Source: Eutreptiella sp. 'Long Island Sound 2002' (Eukaryota > Protista > Euglenida). Taken from it: a stretch of DNA of 64,000 nucleotides. The first letter of the stretch is position 1. Every line of letters starts with the position of its first letter. The translations under genes were made by a program, and so were the position numbers. The stretch is from the NCBI GenBank assembly GCA_964036045.1, contig OZ038379.1:22816001-22880000 (forward strand), in the 5' to 3' direction. The notes under the pieces were generated by a model. The model ran no database searches. It saw nothing but the letters and a program-made list of their open reading frames with translations, and was not told where the DNA came from. Shown in pieces: positions 25,251 to 37,494 of the stretch.

Positions 25251-26898
25251 TCACTGGCCTCATTTGTCGTTGACTTGTTAATGTAGGCAGATTTTGGTGC
25301 CAAACTGCGTAATGACTCACTGTCTTCTCCGGGCTCTGTGACATCCATGCTTGGATTCAATAGTGCCCATGCAATTGATGAAGACCAAAACCTTAAAATG
25401 CAAAAGTGTCAATGTGTCTGTCATGGCTCAAAAAGACGCCACCACACTTTTCGGTGACAAGGGAGGCAGGTTCTGCTTGGACCACTCTTCCCTCTTCCCA
25501 ATATTTAGGGCATGTGTTAGCGCCGCAAAAACAAGGATGGCGCATTCATCAATGTTGCTGGCTTCATCGAAGCTATCTAACAAGATGCCAAGCGACATTT
25601 CCATCCACATCCATGGTGGACTCCCCTCAAAAGCAACCCTCATATAAATGTCCTCAGGAGGACATAGGGGGCGATGCTGTCAAAGCACCTAGACAAGGCT
25701 CATCACAAATGCATTTGAGCTATCGCATGACGAATCAAACATGTGAACAATGTAAACGCCACACACATGGTGTTTTGTCTTCAAGGCGGCCCTTGCTTAC
25801 ATTCACCCTGCCTTACCCACATCCTATATTTAATCACTTGCAATGCTATGTATTATTCCCAGTACACAAGGCCAAGCAAAAGAGAGTGGGTAGACATGAG
25901 GGAGCACAAGCTCCCCATTGACATTTGTAGGCCCCAACTTCAAACATGCATGTTGCCTAGCTCAAGTGGTGAGGGCACTATCACAAATGCCGGAGGGCAC
26001 TATCACAAATGCTAGAGGCGACAAAGGATAGCACAGTTTTTGATGCTCGCTTTCGTCCAAAACTTCCCCTCGACATGTGCAAATTTGCGATGGCACCATG
26101 TAGGACTCCTTATCCATTTATAGATGCACGGCCTGCGGCCTATCTCGACACATCGTCAGTGAGTTGTTTTCGTGTTGTGCACCGCCTCTCTATGCTCGTC
26201 TAAATGAGGGCCATACCACCATTTTTGACGAAATACGTATAATGCTCAAATTGCAAGAAAAGACGTGCAAAGACAATTAATCGTAGAATATACCTAGGTA
26301 CATATCATGATTATCTTGTCACTTCACAGTCACTTCACAGGGGCAATGGGTCCAAAGAGGCAGCCAGGACAGTTTAGCCAACTACATGAGGTCCAAACCC
26401 GTTGGGCCAAAAAATAAGTAGCACCGAAAACAATTCGCGAGGCACCCTAAGGCCTATGTTGCTGAAAATGGCGGTATAGGGAACAAGAAAATTGCCAGAA
26501 TTGGCGAATGCAAAAATGTTGGAAACAACGAACCCATTACTTACTTTGCATGTAAACGCGTGCAAGGCAAAACTAGGGCTTGGCACAGCATCCATGGGGC
26601 TTGCATGAATACACCAATAGGGCAAAAATATTGCAAGCAACTCTGGTATGCCAAGAACCCCAATTCTGCACTTCACCTGCAATTCCGTAGCGTGACAGTT
26701 TTTATGTGCTTTTGACACCATTGAGCTTGTGCTCTGTCATTGCATTTGCATTGTGTACTAGTGCTCAGTGATAGCCTTGGTCATTACACGCAATGTGTTC
26801 AGGTCTATAGCAGCCTGCACTCCTGCTTGTGTACTAGTTGGATGCACTCACCTAACCACCTCATGAGGTCACCATCACACATGGGGCTGGTTAGACCA

Positions 26899-27015
26899 TG
26901 TTTGGAAGTGGACTTCGGCTATTCACCGCGTCTCGAGGGCCGGTGCGAAATGCAAGATCGTGTTTGGAAGCAGACTTCGGCTATTCACCAGGTCTCGAGG
27001 GCCGGTGCAAAATGC
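26899..27015. repeat. Two tandem ~61-bp units
   Basis: tttggaagxxgacttcggctattcaccxxgtctcgagggccggtgcxaaatgc occurs twice. Confidence 0.9.
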
Positions 27016-28500
27016 GAAGCACGATTGATGCAGCCATATGCACTGAATCATGTGCAAGCCTCCTGCAACTTAATCAACAATTTTAGCACATTGCGTGCTC
27101 TTCAAAGTGGTTGCAAGGAAGGAGGGACCGAGGGAAGGAGTTTTGGCCATGGTTCCCCACATATTTACTTTGCTGGGGCGGACGTGGCTATGGGCATGGA
27201 CATTTGGTTTCTTGCTTCTCGAATTTCAAAGTGTGTGTGGAATCTGCACAACTCTTCGGCCCATGTCACGTTGGGTTGTGCCCGATTGTGCCTTTGTCAC
27301 CCAAAGTTATAGAAAGAAAGCCTCTTCGGACAATGCTACTGTTGAGCGCACCCGCTTGTGCCTTACGTGGTGCCAAATTGGATATCATTGGAGGTAGTGA
27401 TTGAGGATTCACGTTGCCCAATTTTGAGATCTGTTGACAACTTCAATCGCGGTGGTGCACACTCGACCTTTGCCCATCGTGGCTCAATGTCAAGACAACA
27501 ATTATAGAGTTGGAAATAGGCAAAGAAAATCGAAATCTATGCCAATGGCGACATTGGACTGAAACTTCCTCAAACTAATACAACAGCTCCTTTGCTGGGC
27601 GCAAGCACAAATCAATTCATGCCAAATGAGTTTATGCTGGCCGCTTGTGTGCATGTATGGTGAAAGACGCACATGCATTGACTCCCTTACGCCCGTGCAA
27701 GCCCACTCATAGTGGGACCCCGGTGGTCATACCAATTTAGTGAGCGGTACACGAAGCAAACAACGCAAAAATCTCTTCAGAAGGCCATTATCGGGCTGCA
27801 GTACAACAAGAGCGTAAGACTTTTGTTCGCCGCACGCCAACCATGGTGTTTCACCCAAAGATTTCGATATTTCACGTTACACGTAGCTTCAAACCGCAAA
27901 TGAACCATGCACCTCTCCGGCAATTGGTTTTCTCATCCCGGTCTTTCGTGGGGCCTTTTCCCTTCTTACATTGTGACATGTTTGTAAGCAAAAACATTTC
28001 AAGTGAATGACGAGGCAACATCTCGACACCGAGTGCCATCAAGTGCCCCAACATGCACAAAAGTCCAAGGTATCGCAGTTTCGATGCCCATTTTGACAAA
28101 ACCGGATGGTACTTAGCTCATGTCCCATTGCACAGCACAAGAGGTCTCCAAGCAAAAGATTCGAACAAAAATTCAGATATTAATTCCCAGTTTCGGTCGG
28201 TCGACCGGTCGGTCAGGAGTGGTTTCTAGTCGGAAAATAACAATGGGCCAATGAAACTACAAGGCACTGGTCCTTGTGGCGAGGGGCCATTTTCCTGCTG
28301 GAGGCGGTACTGGATAGGGCACTGGCGACCGTCGAAATCGACCCCACTATGGATGCGGATTCATCACATTTTCGAATGAGGATCACTTGCTATCTACCCG
28401 TGTCACCTAATCATTTTAACATAGATAGCCATCAAACTGATAGCCAAGCAAAATCATGCACTGGCCCCAGTAATCACTGCCCCAACCGCAGTGGGTACAA

Positions 28501-28521
28501 CCCCTTTTGGCACCTTTCTAG
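28501..28521 (+). promoter_or_regulatory. Candidate upstream splice acceptor (trans-splice site or 5'UTR intron acceptor)
   Basis: ccccttttggcacctttctag ends 31 nt before the ATG. Confidence 0.4.
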
Positions 28522-28552
28522 GCGTGCAATACCTCACTTCGGGTCACCTGAA

Positions 28553-28965
28553 ATGGGCAAATACGGAACCAACGGATTGAACGAGAGCTCGGAAATGTAT
28601 GCTGTTCAGTGCCCAGAAGACGGCAGTGCAGCTCTGAGGGCGTCACATGTGGCAGACATGGACCCCCGGGCGTCGCACGAGGAAAGGCGTCTTAACGACC
28701 CAGAATATCTCCCATTTCAAAAAACAGCAGACCTTAGCCCCGAAGACGCTTGCGAAGAATCTTCAGCGGGTGCATCATCCAACCTCTCTGTCGTGGATGA
28801 TGCAAGTGACGTAGTCAGCTTGGGTGAGACCTCGACACGAACATATCATTCCGAGTACCTGATGCCGTTCAAAATTGGGGCAACCAACAACGAGGCCAAC
28901 ATAATGATGTGGAAAGGCTTGCTTCATCCATGCGAACAGACCAATCCTCCGGCGTGCAACCCCAA
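28553..28965 (+). CDS. eIF4G: eIF4G exon 1; contains YHSEYLM (28844-28864) and the start of Cys module 1
   Basis: ATG preceded by pyrimidine tract plus AG (28501-28521); reads MGKYGTNG...TRTYHSEYLMPFK...LLHPCEQTNPPACNP; donor aa|gtatgc, phase 2. Confidence 0.78.
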
Positions 28966-29070
28966 GTATGCCTGCATTGGTGTTACAAATCGAGCCCAGC
29001 CTCTAGACTCCGCTGTAGGAAGGTTTCGGTGGAGCTACGTTGCTTGAGCTCTCCTGCTCCTCACTTACAG

Positions 29071-29224
29071 TGCACCCTGCCCGCTTCGTGACGTACCTCG
29101 AGAATGGTGCCTTCTCTGCCTGCATGGGAAGGTTCACGACGAATGCGTCGGAGAAAAGCCACCTACGCACCCTTGCCCAAGGGTCTGGGGAAGTTGTCGA
29201 TACGGTGACCGCTGCATCTACAAG
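29071..29224 (+). CDS. eIF4G: eIF4G exon 2 (Cys/His modules)
   Basis: Acceptor ctcctgctcctcacttacag; reads APCPLRDVPREWCLLCLHGKVHDECVGEKPPTHPCPRVWGSCRYGDRCIYK; donor aag|gtgtgc, phase 0. Not present in this frame in the supplied ORF track. Confidence 0.85.
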
Positions 29225-30489
29225 GTGTGCAATATGCACTACCCTGTTTGTACCTAATTTGCTGCAATGTTCCACTGTTCAGTCAGAGTGAGGCTTGCCT
29301 TTTTCTTCGGGAAAATTCACTATTGGACACTGTGGCCCTCACCCTATTTTTCTTGGGTCCTCTTTATCTGCACCTGCGTAAAAAGCGTGCGCAATCAATG
29401 CTGCACAGAATATTAGAAAAAGCTGTTCTGCTTCAGTCACACAGGGTATGGTGCCAGGTAGGGGGGCCACCTCTGTTTAACCCTGAAAGCACTTTCCTTT
29501 GAAAATGAACAAGAAGGCCAATAGCCTGGAGTGCGTGTGTTATGTTTGCTTTTTTGTTCGAGTGTGTGCCTTGTGCTCCTGTTGTGAGGTCCAGGAACGA
29601 CAAACTGCAGGCATTGGTCAGTTTCACTAAGAGCAGGCGCGCGCGCGTACGCACACAGACACACGCATGCACAAAGTGTACCACACCTTTGCACATTTTG
29701 TCAAGGCCAGGTTTGCGTTGTCTCTGCGCAGTGGCATACGCAAATTGCTCAAAAAAACCCCATGGAATCCACCTATTCGGGGACTGCTAAGGGGTTATAA
29801 ATTGGTCTGGTTTTGAAATCAGTGCCGTAGCGCTTCAATTCGTTCCTCCAAGACGAATTATTCGTCAATTCTGTGGCGAACAGTGTGATTGCTGTGGTTT
29901 TGTGGCACACCCAGTGCAGTCCGTCCCATAGTTTAAACGCGGAACTCTGTGCTCCAACAACATTCCAAAAAGGAGGCTGATCTTAGTTAGCTGCTCACAG
30001 TTAGTTTAGCTGCAGCCCACCTGAGCTGCCCTTCGCAGGTATTGCGTGTCATTTTGAAATACTGAGTTAACACCGAAGCGCAGAGCACCGCGTTGCCCGG
30101 TGCGCTTGCCCACCTTGCCTCAACAACTATGCAACACTGGAGTATTAACGATGAGATTCACGTTTTTCACGAGTGAACCACAGCTGTGTGTACAACTATA
30201 CTGGTGCACCGTCGAAACTATGACCGTCGTGACAGAAGTTGCAGCCAGAGAAAAGCAACGGAATTCGGTACCAGTAACAGTGAGCAATGCTGTTTCCCAA
30301 GACGCCAGCAACTGCCACCACAGTGTTTCGGTGCAAATTTTTAGGCGAATGCCCCACCCCCCGTGACTTCGTATCACAAGGGCTCACTCAGCACAGTAGC
30401 ATTTTCCGTGCCAACCCAGTCAGAGGTCAGATAGCAGTATCGGGATATACCAAGAATCCCATGCGTGTTGCTTTCTCTTTTGCACGCAG

Positions 30490-30810
30490 GACATGCCCGC
30501 CATTTGGTGCCTTCGGTGTCTTCGGAGAATGCCACACGGCCACTGCGATCTCATGAGGCCCCCAGATAACCTCGAGGTCTTTGCGTTTGACAAGCTTCCT
30601 GGGGGACCGCCTGGGTGTTTCCCCGCGGAACCGGTGATGACAGACGCAGCCCCCAGTCACCCTCGCGTCGCGCCTCTCGACCCGAATCTCGTGGCATACG
30701 ACCCCGTTGCCCAGCAGTTCCCCTACGACTCTGCCACGCCTCAGCTCGACCGCGTTCCCTCGAACTATCAGCCTGAAGGAGAGCCGCCCGTGGCGGAGTA
30801 CACCCCAACG
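30490..30810 (+). CDS. eIF4G: eIF4G exon 3
   Basis: Acceptor tctcttttgcacgcag; DMPAIWCLRCLRRMPHGHC completes module 2, then Pro-rich sequence; donor acg|gtatcg. Confidence 0.85.
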
Positions 30811-31014
30811 GTATCGCTTCTCGCCTGCTGGCAAGGGGGCACTCAGGCTCAGGACGCAGTTTTAGAGCCAGCCCGGCTTTCGGTTATCGAGGTGCGAAAC
30901 ACTGCTCGCTTTTTCTCACAGAGGAACCTTCACGCGTGATTGCAAAACCCTGGATTCTGGGTGGCACACTTTGAAGTTCTTCTTTTCAATTCCGGACTGT
31001 TTCTTCCTCTGCAG

Positions 31015-31431
31015 GAATTCAACACGCCTCAGTTTCCCTGTGGCAACATGCCCAGCTCCATGCACAAGGACGAGCAGGAGCTAGATTACGGCACACCAGG
31101 TTATCGCAGCCCGGAGAACGAAGAGGGATTCCACCCCGGCCCCGCTCCCAACCCCGAATTTGATGGTTATGGTGGCCCAATGTACGAATTCCAGGCGCAC
31201 CGTGAATCTCAACCAGAAGAGCCCCGGCCGCCATATGGGTATCCTCCTGGGCCTGGCCCGGCACCTGAAGCGGCAGCATACGGATACGGTTATGCATCTT
31301 CCCGCGAACCTCAAGATGACGGGTTTGCGGCCTTTAACGGCTTCCCGGAATGTGGCACACCAGCCGCTGGTCCATGTTTCGGTTACCGAGGCCCACGCGA
31401 CGAAGCCCTGCAGACTCCACATTCTTTTATG
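31015..31431 (+). CDS. eIF4G: eIF4G exon 4 (Pro/Gly/Tyr-rich)
   Basis: Acceptor ttcttcctctgcag; EFNTPQFP...TPHSFM; donor atg|gtatgt; phase 0-0. Confidence 0.85.
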
Positions 31432-33051
31432 GTATGTCAACAGTGAATCGTATGCGTTCTTTCAAGGGACGACGCACGTTCTGCAGGGGTCGAGTGCAGT
31501 CCGGACACTGATACAACGGGACACTCTCAAACCGAAAACACATTCCGATGGTTTGCATCCAACCCGACGTCGATCACCTGCACCATTGCGATAGGATTGG
31601 TTCAAAATTTCCTTTTTGCTATTCTCGTCGTGTCTTCACCCGAAACTGCACAGGGGATATGGCTTTTTCAACCAGCTCGGTCCAAACCGAAATCTGGTTG
31701 CCTTGGGGTCAGGGGCGGTAAAATATAGCTGTGGAGACCTGCAGCATCACAGACTAAAGCCCCCCTAACCTCATTCAATCATCAAGGGCGTGATATGAAT
31801 CGGAGGCGATAGATGGCAGTTTGCACCGAAACCGAGGCAACAGCAGGGCCTTCCAGTTGAGGCCAAGGTTCAATGAGTGCACCTTGGCTGCGGGTGAAAA
31901 ATGCCAAAGCTACCCGGGATGATCAAAATTCGTTCCTGTTTATGCTGTATTTCTGTGTTGTGTTGTGATGCGCGACTTGCAAACAACGCAGAAACGTGCA
32001 TACGCGTGGACATCCTCCAAAGTGTCGCGCAAAATCCATTTGTTGGGGTCATCATAACGTCCGGGCAACCATCGTCACTGTTCCACCGATTGGATCTCTT
32101 CCGGCTCCAAAAAAAAAATGTTGTCAACCACCACCACGTAGCAGCAGGCCCTTCTCATTGGGCAAAGCAGCGTCTCTTTTGGGCAAAGCAGCGTCTCTTT
32201 GTAAGAGCATGCCGGAGCACATCTTTTTGACATATGGACGTTTGTGTCCACGCAATATCGCCCACGATGTTAAACGCCTGTTGGTCTGCTTGGTTTGGAA
32301 GATACCCCGTCGCTTGAAATGCGAACCCACAAAACTGCAGCGGACCCCAGGCTGCAGCAATTTGAGGGGCTCGGCAATCGGATGGTCCAAACTGCCAACT
32401 GTAAATGCCAGGTCTGTAGATGGCTCCACATGCATGTAATTGGTGAGAGCAACGTTGCACATTTTTGGGTTGAGTTTTTTTTTTAAGAGAAACAAAGTGG
32501 CGCTGCAAGTCCAAGAATGTAGAAAAGAAAAAGAACAAGAAAAATGGTGGCTAAATATTTCTATGCCACGCACATTAGTTCCTAGTCCATACCTACGGGT
32601 GGCTATCTTTTTTGTGCATTCAGTCTGTACTTATTCGTGTCCCCGACTTTCCAATTTGGAAGACAATCTTTGTGTGCAAAATACAATTTATGGATCACCT
32701 TTGGATTGACACGTGTACGAAGACGCAAGCCTGTTGCAAGGCGCTTGCAAAGCACACTACTCAAAAAAATTAGCCCAGCGTTGGAGTGTCCCAAAACCAA
32801 AGTTACGAATGACGTTTGCGAAAAGGCAAATTACCTGCATTTACCCCTTGGTTTTAGATAATTAACCTCTGGGGCATCATTCTGCCTCGCAGTGTCTCCA
32901 TAATTTTTTTTGAGACATATGAAATCTGCTACAAGTGTGCCCTGCTTGCCTCCTTGCATGCTCATATGCTTATCTCACCCTGAAGCCTAAGAAGGTAGTC
33001 AAGTGTTGTGGTGAAACCGAAAGTGCCTCTGCTCTCCCCTTGAACCATCAG

Positions 33052-33358
33052 GATGCAGAACACCCCAGTTTTGCTGGCTACCCAGCAAGCCGGGGCCCTT
33101 CTGGAGACTTTGGCGAACCTTTTCCGAGTCCATCATACCCTACACACCGCAAGTTCGTTGAGCCATTCACCCCCAGCAGTGCGCCTGCAGGATGCCGCCC
33201 CGAACCATTTCTAAGGCATGAGTACGAGGGTTACGGAAAGGGCAAGGGCAAGGGATACAGTGTGGGACCAGACGAACCACCAGCTTCCCCAGAATGGCAG
33301 CATCAAAGCAACCATTTCTCCAGAAAACGTGATCAAGCAGGCCGCGATTGCTCCGAAG
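33052..33358 (+). CDS. eIF4G: eIF4G exon 5 (Pro-rich, GYGKGKGKG)
   Basis: Acceptor ccttgaaccatcag; DAEHPSF...GRDCSE; donor gaag|gtgtgg, phase 1. Confidence 0.8.
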
Positions 33359-33515
33359 GTGTGGCCTCCTCATGCTAGTTTGCTCCTAAAATGTCGACGC
33401 ACAGACACAGCCCATCGCACGCTCCGTTGCAGCCTCGCACGCACACAGCCCCTGCACAATTTTAAATTGCACACAAAGCCCCTGCACTACTTTGCAGCAT
33501 CACATGCGGTTATGA

Positions 33516-34700
33516 TCTAGGGTCACTGAGCCGGTGCAACCAATAAGGTCTTATAACCCTCTTCACCGAGCTGGAGGAACCAGTAAGGTTTTATCACCCC
33601 TTCACCAAGCTGGTGGAACCAGTAAGGTTTTATGTCCCTCTTTAAGGTCTAGCCCGGACGTACCCTTTCTAGCAAGCAGCAGCAGCAAGCACACGTCAAA
33701 TGGCAAAAAAAGCGGAACTCCGTTGTGGTGGTTCAGATTCAGCTGAAATTTTGCTGGATGAAACCTGCGAGTATGAACCACACACAAATCACACGAAGTT
33801 GGAGCTAGAACCCAACAATGGCCGGGATCGGGTGCCACAAGTGGCAGTGGTTCAAACCCCGTCAAAAGTTGCCAACAAACGCCTTCTGGCCAGTTTAAGT
33901 GTCTCGGATGTGCCTCGGAGGGTGCCGTTTGTATTGGAAGCAACCTAGATGGTGAAGAAGCGCTTTGGGGCACCCTCACGTGGCTATTTGCACCCAAATC
34001 GCAGCCTCTAGAACGCCTTTTTGGCGTCAACAATGGCCAACATGATCCTTGAAAGTGGCTTTATGCACCTTCTTTTTCGAGTCCCACCTTCCTTCGCTGT
34101 GTTTGACTGCCATGCCTTGTGCAACCTTGTGGTGATAAGTAGTGATGAACAGGAACAGCGCAAGGTATTTGCACACATGCCACCAACATTAGCCTTTAGG
34201 AGTGGTACACTGCACACATGCTAGGGCAGGGTAGACGGGATCACGTGTGGGTCAAAACGTTGTCCAAGATAAGTTTTTTCCTGAAGTTTTCCGTACACCA
34301 CTGGGGGTGCCTGAACAAGTGGATGTGGCCCTTTTTGAGCCTGCGGTACCCCATTTTGGGCCCCAAAAGATCTAAAAAGGCTTAAAAATGGGCCATCTTG
34401 GGCTGAAGAAGGTAAAAACATTTTTTTTCACAAGTTGTTCTGGTTTTTTGGGCATGTTCGAACGGGTGTTTTTTTAGCCCGTGTTGAGCCTATGGTTACC
34501 CGTTTTGCTCAAACATCACAACAAGTGCTTGAAAATGGGCTAGTCCACGACCGACGCAGGGTCCAAAAGGGTTTAAAAATGCATTTTTTTGAAAAGTGGA
34601 CCCGTACCATTTGGGATGCTTATGCAAGTATTTGTGGTCTGTTCGGAGTCCACAATTACCTTTTCAGCCCTCGGACCCATGCATTGCCACATTGCATGTC
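33516..34700 (+). mobile_element. Single diverged copy of the modular element (subfamily C) in eIF4G intron 5
   Basis: Starts tagggtcactgagccggtg, repeats tcaccgagctggxggaaccagtaagg, then (CAG/CAAG)n, core and about one 162-bp-like unit; collinear with the reverse complement of 41900-44230. Confidence 0.7.
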
Positions 34701-35425
34701 GGCGCATATGCGCCAATGTATTGCAGCCATATCAAGTTAATTTGTTGGCTTCTGCTTTGCTTCTTCCTTTCTTGTATATACCTTTACCAGGACTGAATAT
34801 TGGAGCCCAGCTGGTGAGGACAGGAATATCGCACACGATCAACCATGCACTGCACAGATAGCAAACCGCGCACTTTGTCCATGCCCTGATCCTCATCCTT
34901 GTTTGTGCCCGTGTTTGTATCCCCGCACAGACCCCGAAAACCTTTTGGAAGGAAATGCAAATAGACAGTGTCTGTTTCTGGTGTGTGTCACTGGCATCAT
35001 TTTTTTGCTCAATTTGGTGCAGAATATGGTAGTACAGGCCCATCTACCCCCCTCCGTAAAGCTCAGAGGACAGCGCAACAAGGATTGTGTGCAACATTTG
35101 GAAGTTACGTCTGAGGTGGGTGGTATGGTGTGAGGCAGGGAACCTGCAGCCCTGCACCCTGCCAACACCGCAGGGTGACAGGTGGCCCAGTGAAATTGTG
35201 GACACGTCCGTTTGCCCCTTGCCTTTGAGAAGGAGTTTCACCTTCAACGCGCATGCGTGTGTCATCTTGTAGCTGCCTGTTGCTAAGATGTTGTTCCCCC
35301 CCCCTGGACCGAAACACGCACTGGTGCCGTGCAATCAATGGTGCTTGCCAGTGAAAGCAAGCCATGCTATGGACCGCTTTGCTTTGCTTTCCAGCTGCCC
35401 CTCTCCCTTGTCCAATTGTGTTCAG

Positions 35426-35513
35426 GTCCAGACCATTATCGGTACATGCGCTCAAGGTATTTCCCTGAACGTGAACACAGCTACACACCGGACTCTTGTC
35501 GTGACCCCAACAG
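35426..35513 (+). CDS. eIF4G: eIF4G exon 6
   Basis: Acceptor ttgtccaattgtgttcag; (G)PDHYRYMRSRYFPEREHSYTPDSCRDPN(R); phase 1-2, exactly what is needed to bridge exons 5 and 7. Confidence 0.78.
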
Positions 35514-36426
35514 GTGTTGTTGTGTTCTTAGTTGGCATGCGCTCTCATGTGCGCCACGTCTTGCTTGCAGCTGCCTCAACGGCCTTGGTGGGCACTCTGC
35601 GGTCTTCATGCAAACGCTTATCGCGTGACAAAAGGATTCAGGCCTCATTTGGGGCAGGAGGGTTGTTGCCAGGCCCAATTCAGCGGATGGTGTGAGATTG
35701 ACCAGCCGCAAGAAGCGCCTTAGCGATTTTGGGGTACACTGGCTTACATAGGCCAAGGTGGTAAAGCATCCTAATTTCCCTGAGTGTGACAACCAAAGTG
35801 CTCAATGAGGACCATGGCCAATTTACTGGCGACGTGCACTGCACAAAGCATAGCAGGATTGCGTGCCTCACCAGAGCCCCAAGCAGATCCTCCCCTCCGC
35901 GAGAAAATTTTCGAGTCCCAAAACAACAGTGAGCTGTAAACAGCAAACTGTGTTGTGGGCCGCAGCTGTTCTTCCAATGGTGGGTGGTTAGGGGGACCCC
36001 AAGCAATAAATCATCGGGGAAGTTTTTGTCTCACAGCGAGAATGCAGGAATGTTGCCATGAAGCTGCTGTCACCCACCACCCAAACCGAGACGCCTACAC
36101 GCTTGTACAGAGGATTTGCAACGTCTGTTTGTCGTTTGGTGTGTGGTGGCCCGAAAAAATGCATGAATCACCTCGCCGTCATACACGGGAAACGCCGCTT
36201 GACCTCCTTTTCGGGCCTATTTGCGTGCCAACCTCCCCCCCCCCCCCGGGGGGGGCAGCATTGGGTGCCCTTGTAGAATCCTTATTTTGTGTGTGTGTCT
36301 GTTCCAATCGTCTATTTGCGGAGGAGCCATGCGTTGGTGTGCAGGGCACCCCTCGGCATGCTAGATTGCCCACCTTGATTTTGTGCAACGCTAGTCTGGT
36401 TTGCTTCCATTCGTCTGCTCTTGCAG

Positions 36427-36838
36427 GGAGTATCCACCTTCGAGCCCGATGGGCCATCCTCGTGACCACCATATGGATTGCTTGATGGATGCCTCTCGAG
36501 GGTACCCCAAAGATCGCCCCGCTGACCAGTGGGAATATTCGGACCACGCACGTGATTTCCCCTCTGAGCATTACCCACGGGAGTATCCCCGCAGTTATGA
36601 GTACCCAAGGGATCACCCTCGTGATTACCCTCAGGACTACAACCGGGATTACAGCCGTGATTATTACAACCGTGAGTATCATCGAGACGGGCCGCGGGAG
36701 TACCATCGTGGAAATCGGTGGGAACACCCAGGCAGGCAATACGGTGGCAGAGGGCATCCATGGTATTCCAGGTTTCCTACGAATGATATGCACGAGCACC
36801 GGACTGTGGAGGCGGTCAGGTCCGAGCTGTCGAATCAG
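36427..36838 (+). CDS. eIF4G: eIF4G exon 7 (RDY/REY repeats)
   Basis: Acceptor cgtctgctcttgcag; EYPPSSP...AVRSELSNQ; donor cag|gtctgc. Confidence 0.87.
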
Positions 36839-37389
36839 GTCTGCAGTAGCGTGGCTGCAGGATCAAGACAGCACAGGGATGCCCAGGAAGACGGTTTGCT
36901 TGCGGTGGCGGGTCTCGAGACCTTCCTCGAAAGCCTTCTGTTGGTTGTTGAACCGAAATGAGCCCTTGAGCGTGGTGTTAGATCTTTTGCCTTTCGGGAC
37001 CATATCATGTTTGCGACACAAATGATGGCGTTGGGCTGTGTCAACGCTCCCGGTTTGTCATAGCCCTTCTCCTGCCCTGTGCCCTCCAGCAGTTCACCAG
37101 CACGGGCGTCTTCCCGGAATCTGAGTCTCAAAAACGTCCCCGCGCAAAGCTGCTGTCCTGTGCATGCACTCAGTGGGCGAACCCACGGCGCACCCCTCAA
37201 ACAGACCACTGTGGGCACAGCCGTGAGGCACCTGCGCTGGGGGCGCTCTCTGTGCTGGGCTGGGCACATTCTATTTGGCTCGGGACAGTTCTGTTTCCAG
37301 TTCTCTGGATAAGTTGAAGTGTGGCTGGTTTCTGCCAGGTGTTTGCGGCAGGGCTAATTTGTTTCCATGCCCGATGTGATTGGTGATTG

Positions 37390-37494
37390 GTGATCCGTCC
37401 TATCACCATATGCTGCATGATTGGCCGTTTTAGCACAGCTTGGTGATCCGTCCTATCACCATATGCTGCATGATTGGCCGTTTTAGCACAGCTT
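37390..37494. repeat. Exact ~52-bp tandem duplication in eIF4G intron 7
   Basis: ggtgatccgtcctatcaccatatgctgcatgattggccgttttagcacagctt occurs twice. Confidence 0.95.

Noticed and set aside
28274-28552. 5' extension of the exon-1 ORF shown in the track
   Set aside because: Begins at a non-ATG codon, has no recognisable features and lies upstream of an acceptor-like site; ATG 28553 preferred.
28966-29047. Read-through of exon 1 to the stop at 29047 as a separate small gene
   Set aside because: Splicing at 28966 completes a repeat module that continues in exons 2 and 3, a much better explanation.
36179-36799. 206-aa hydrophobic ORF on the minus strand
   Set aside because: Antisense shadow of the RDY-repeat exon.
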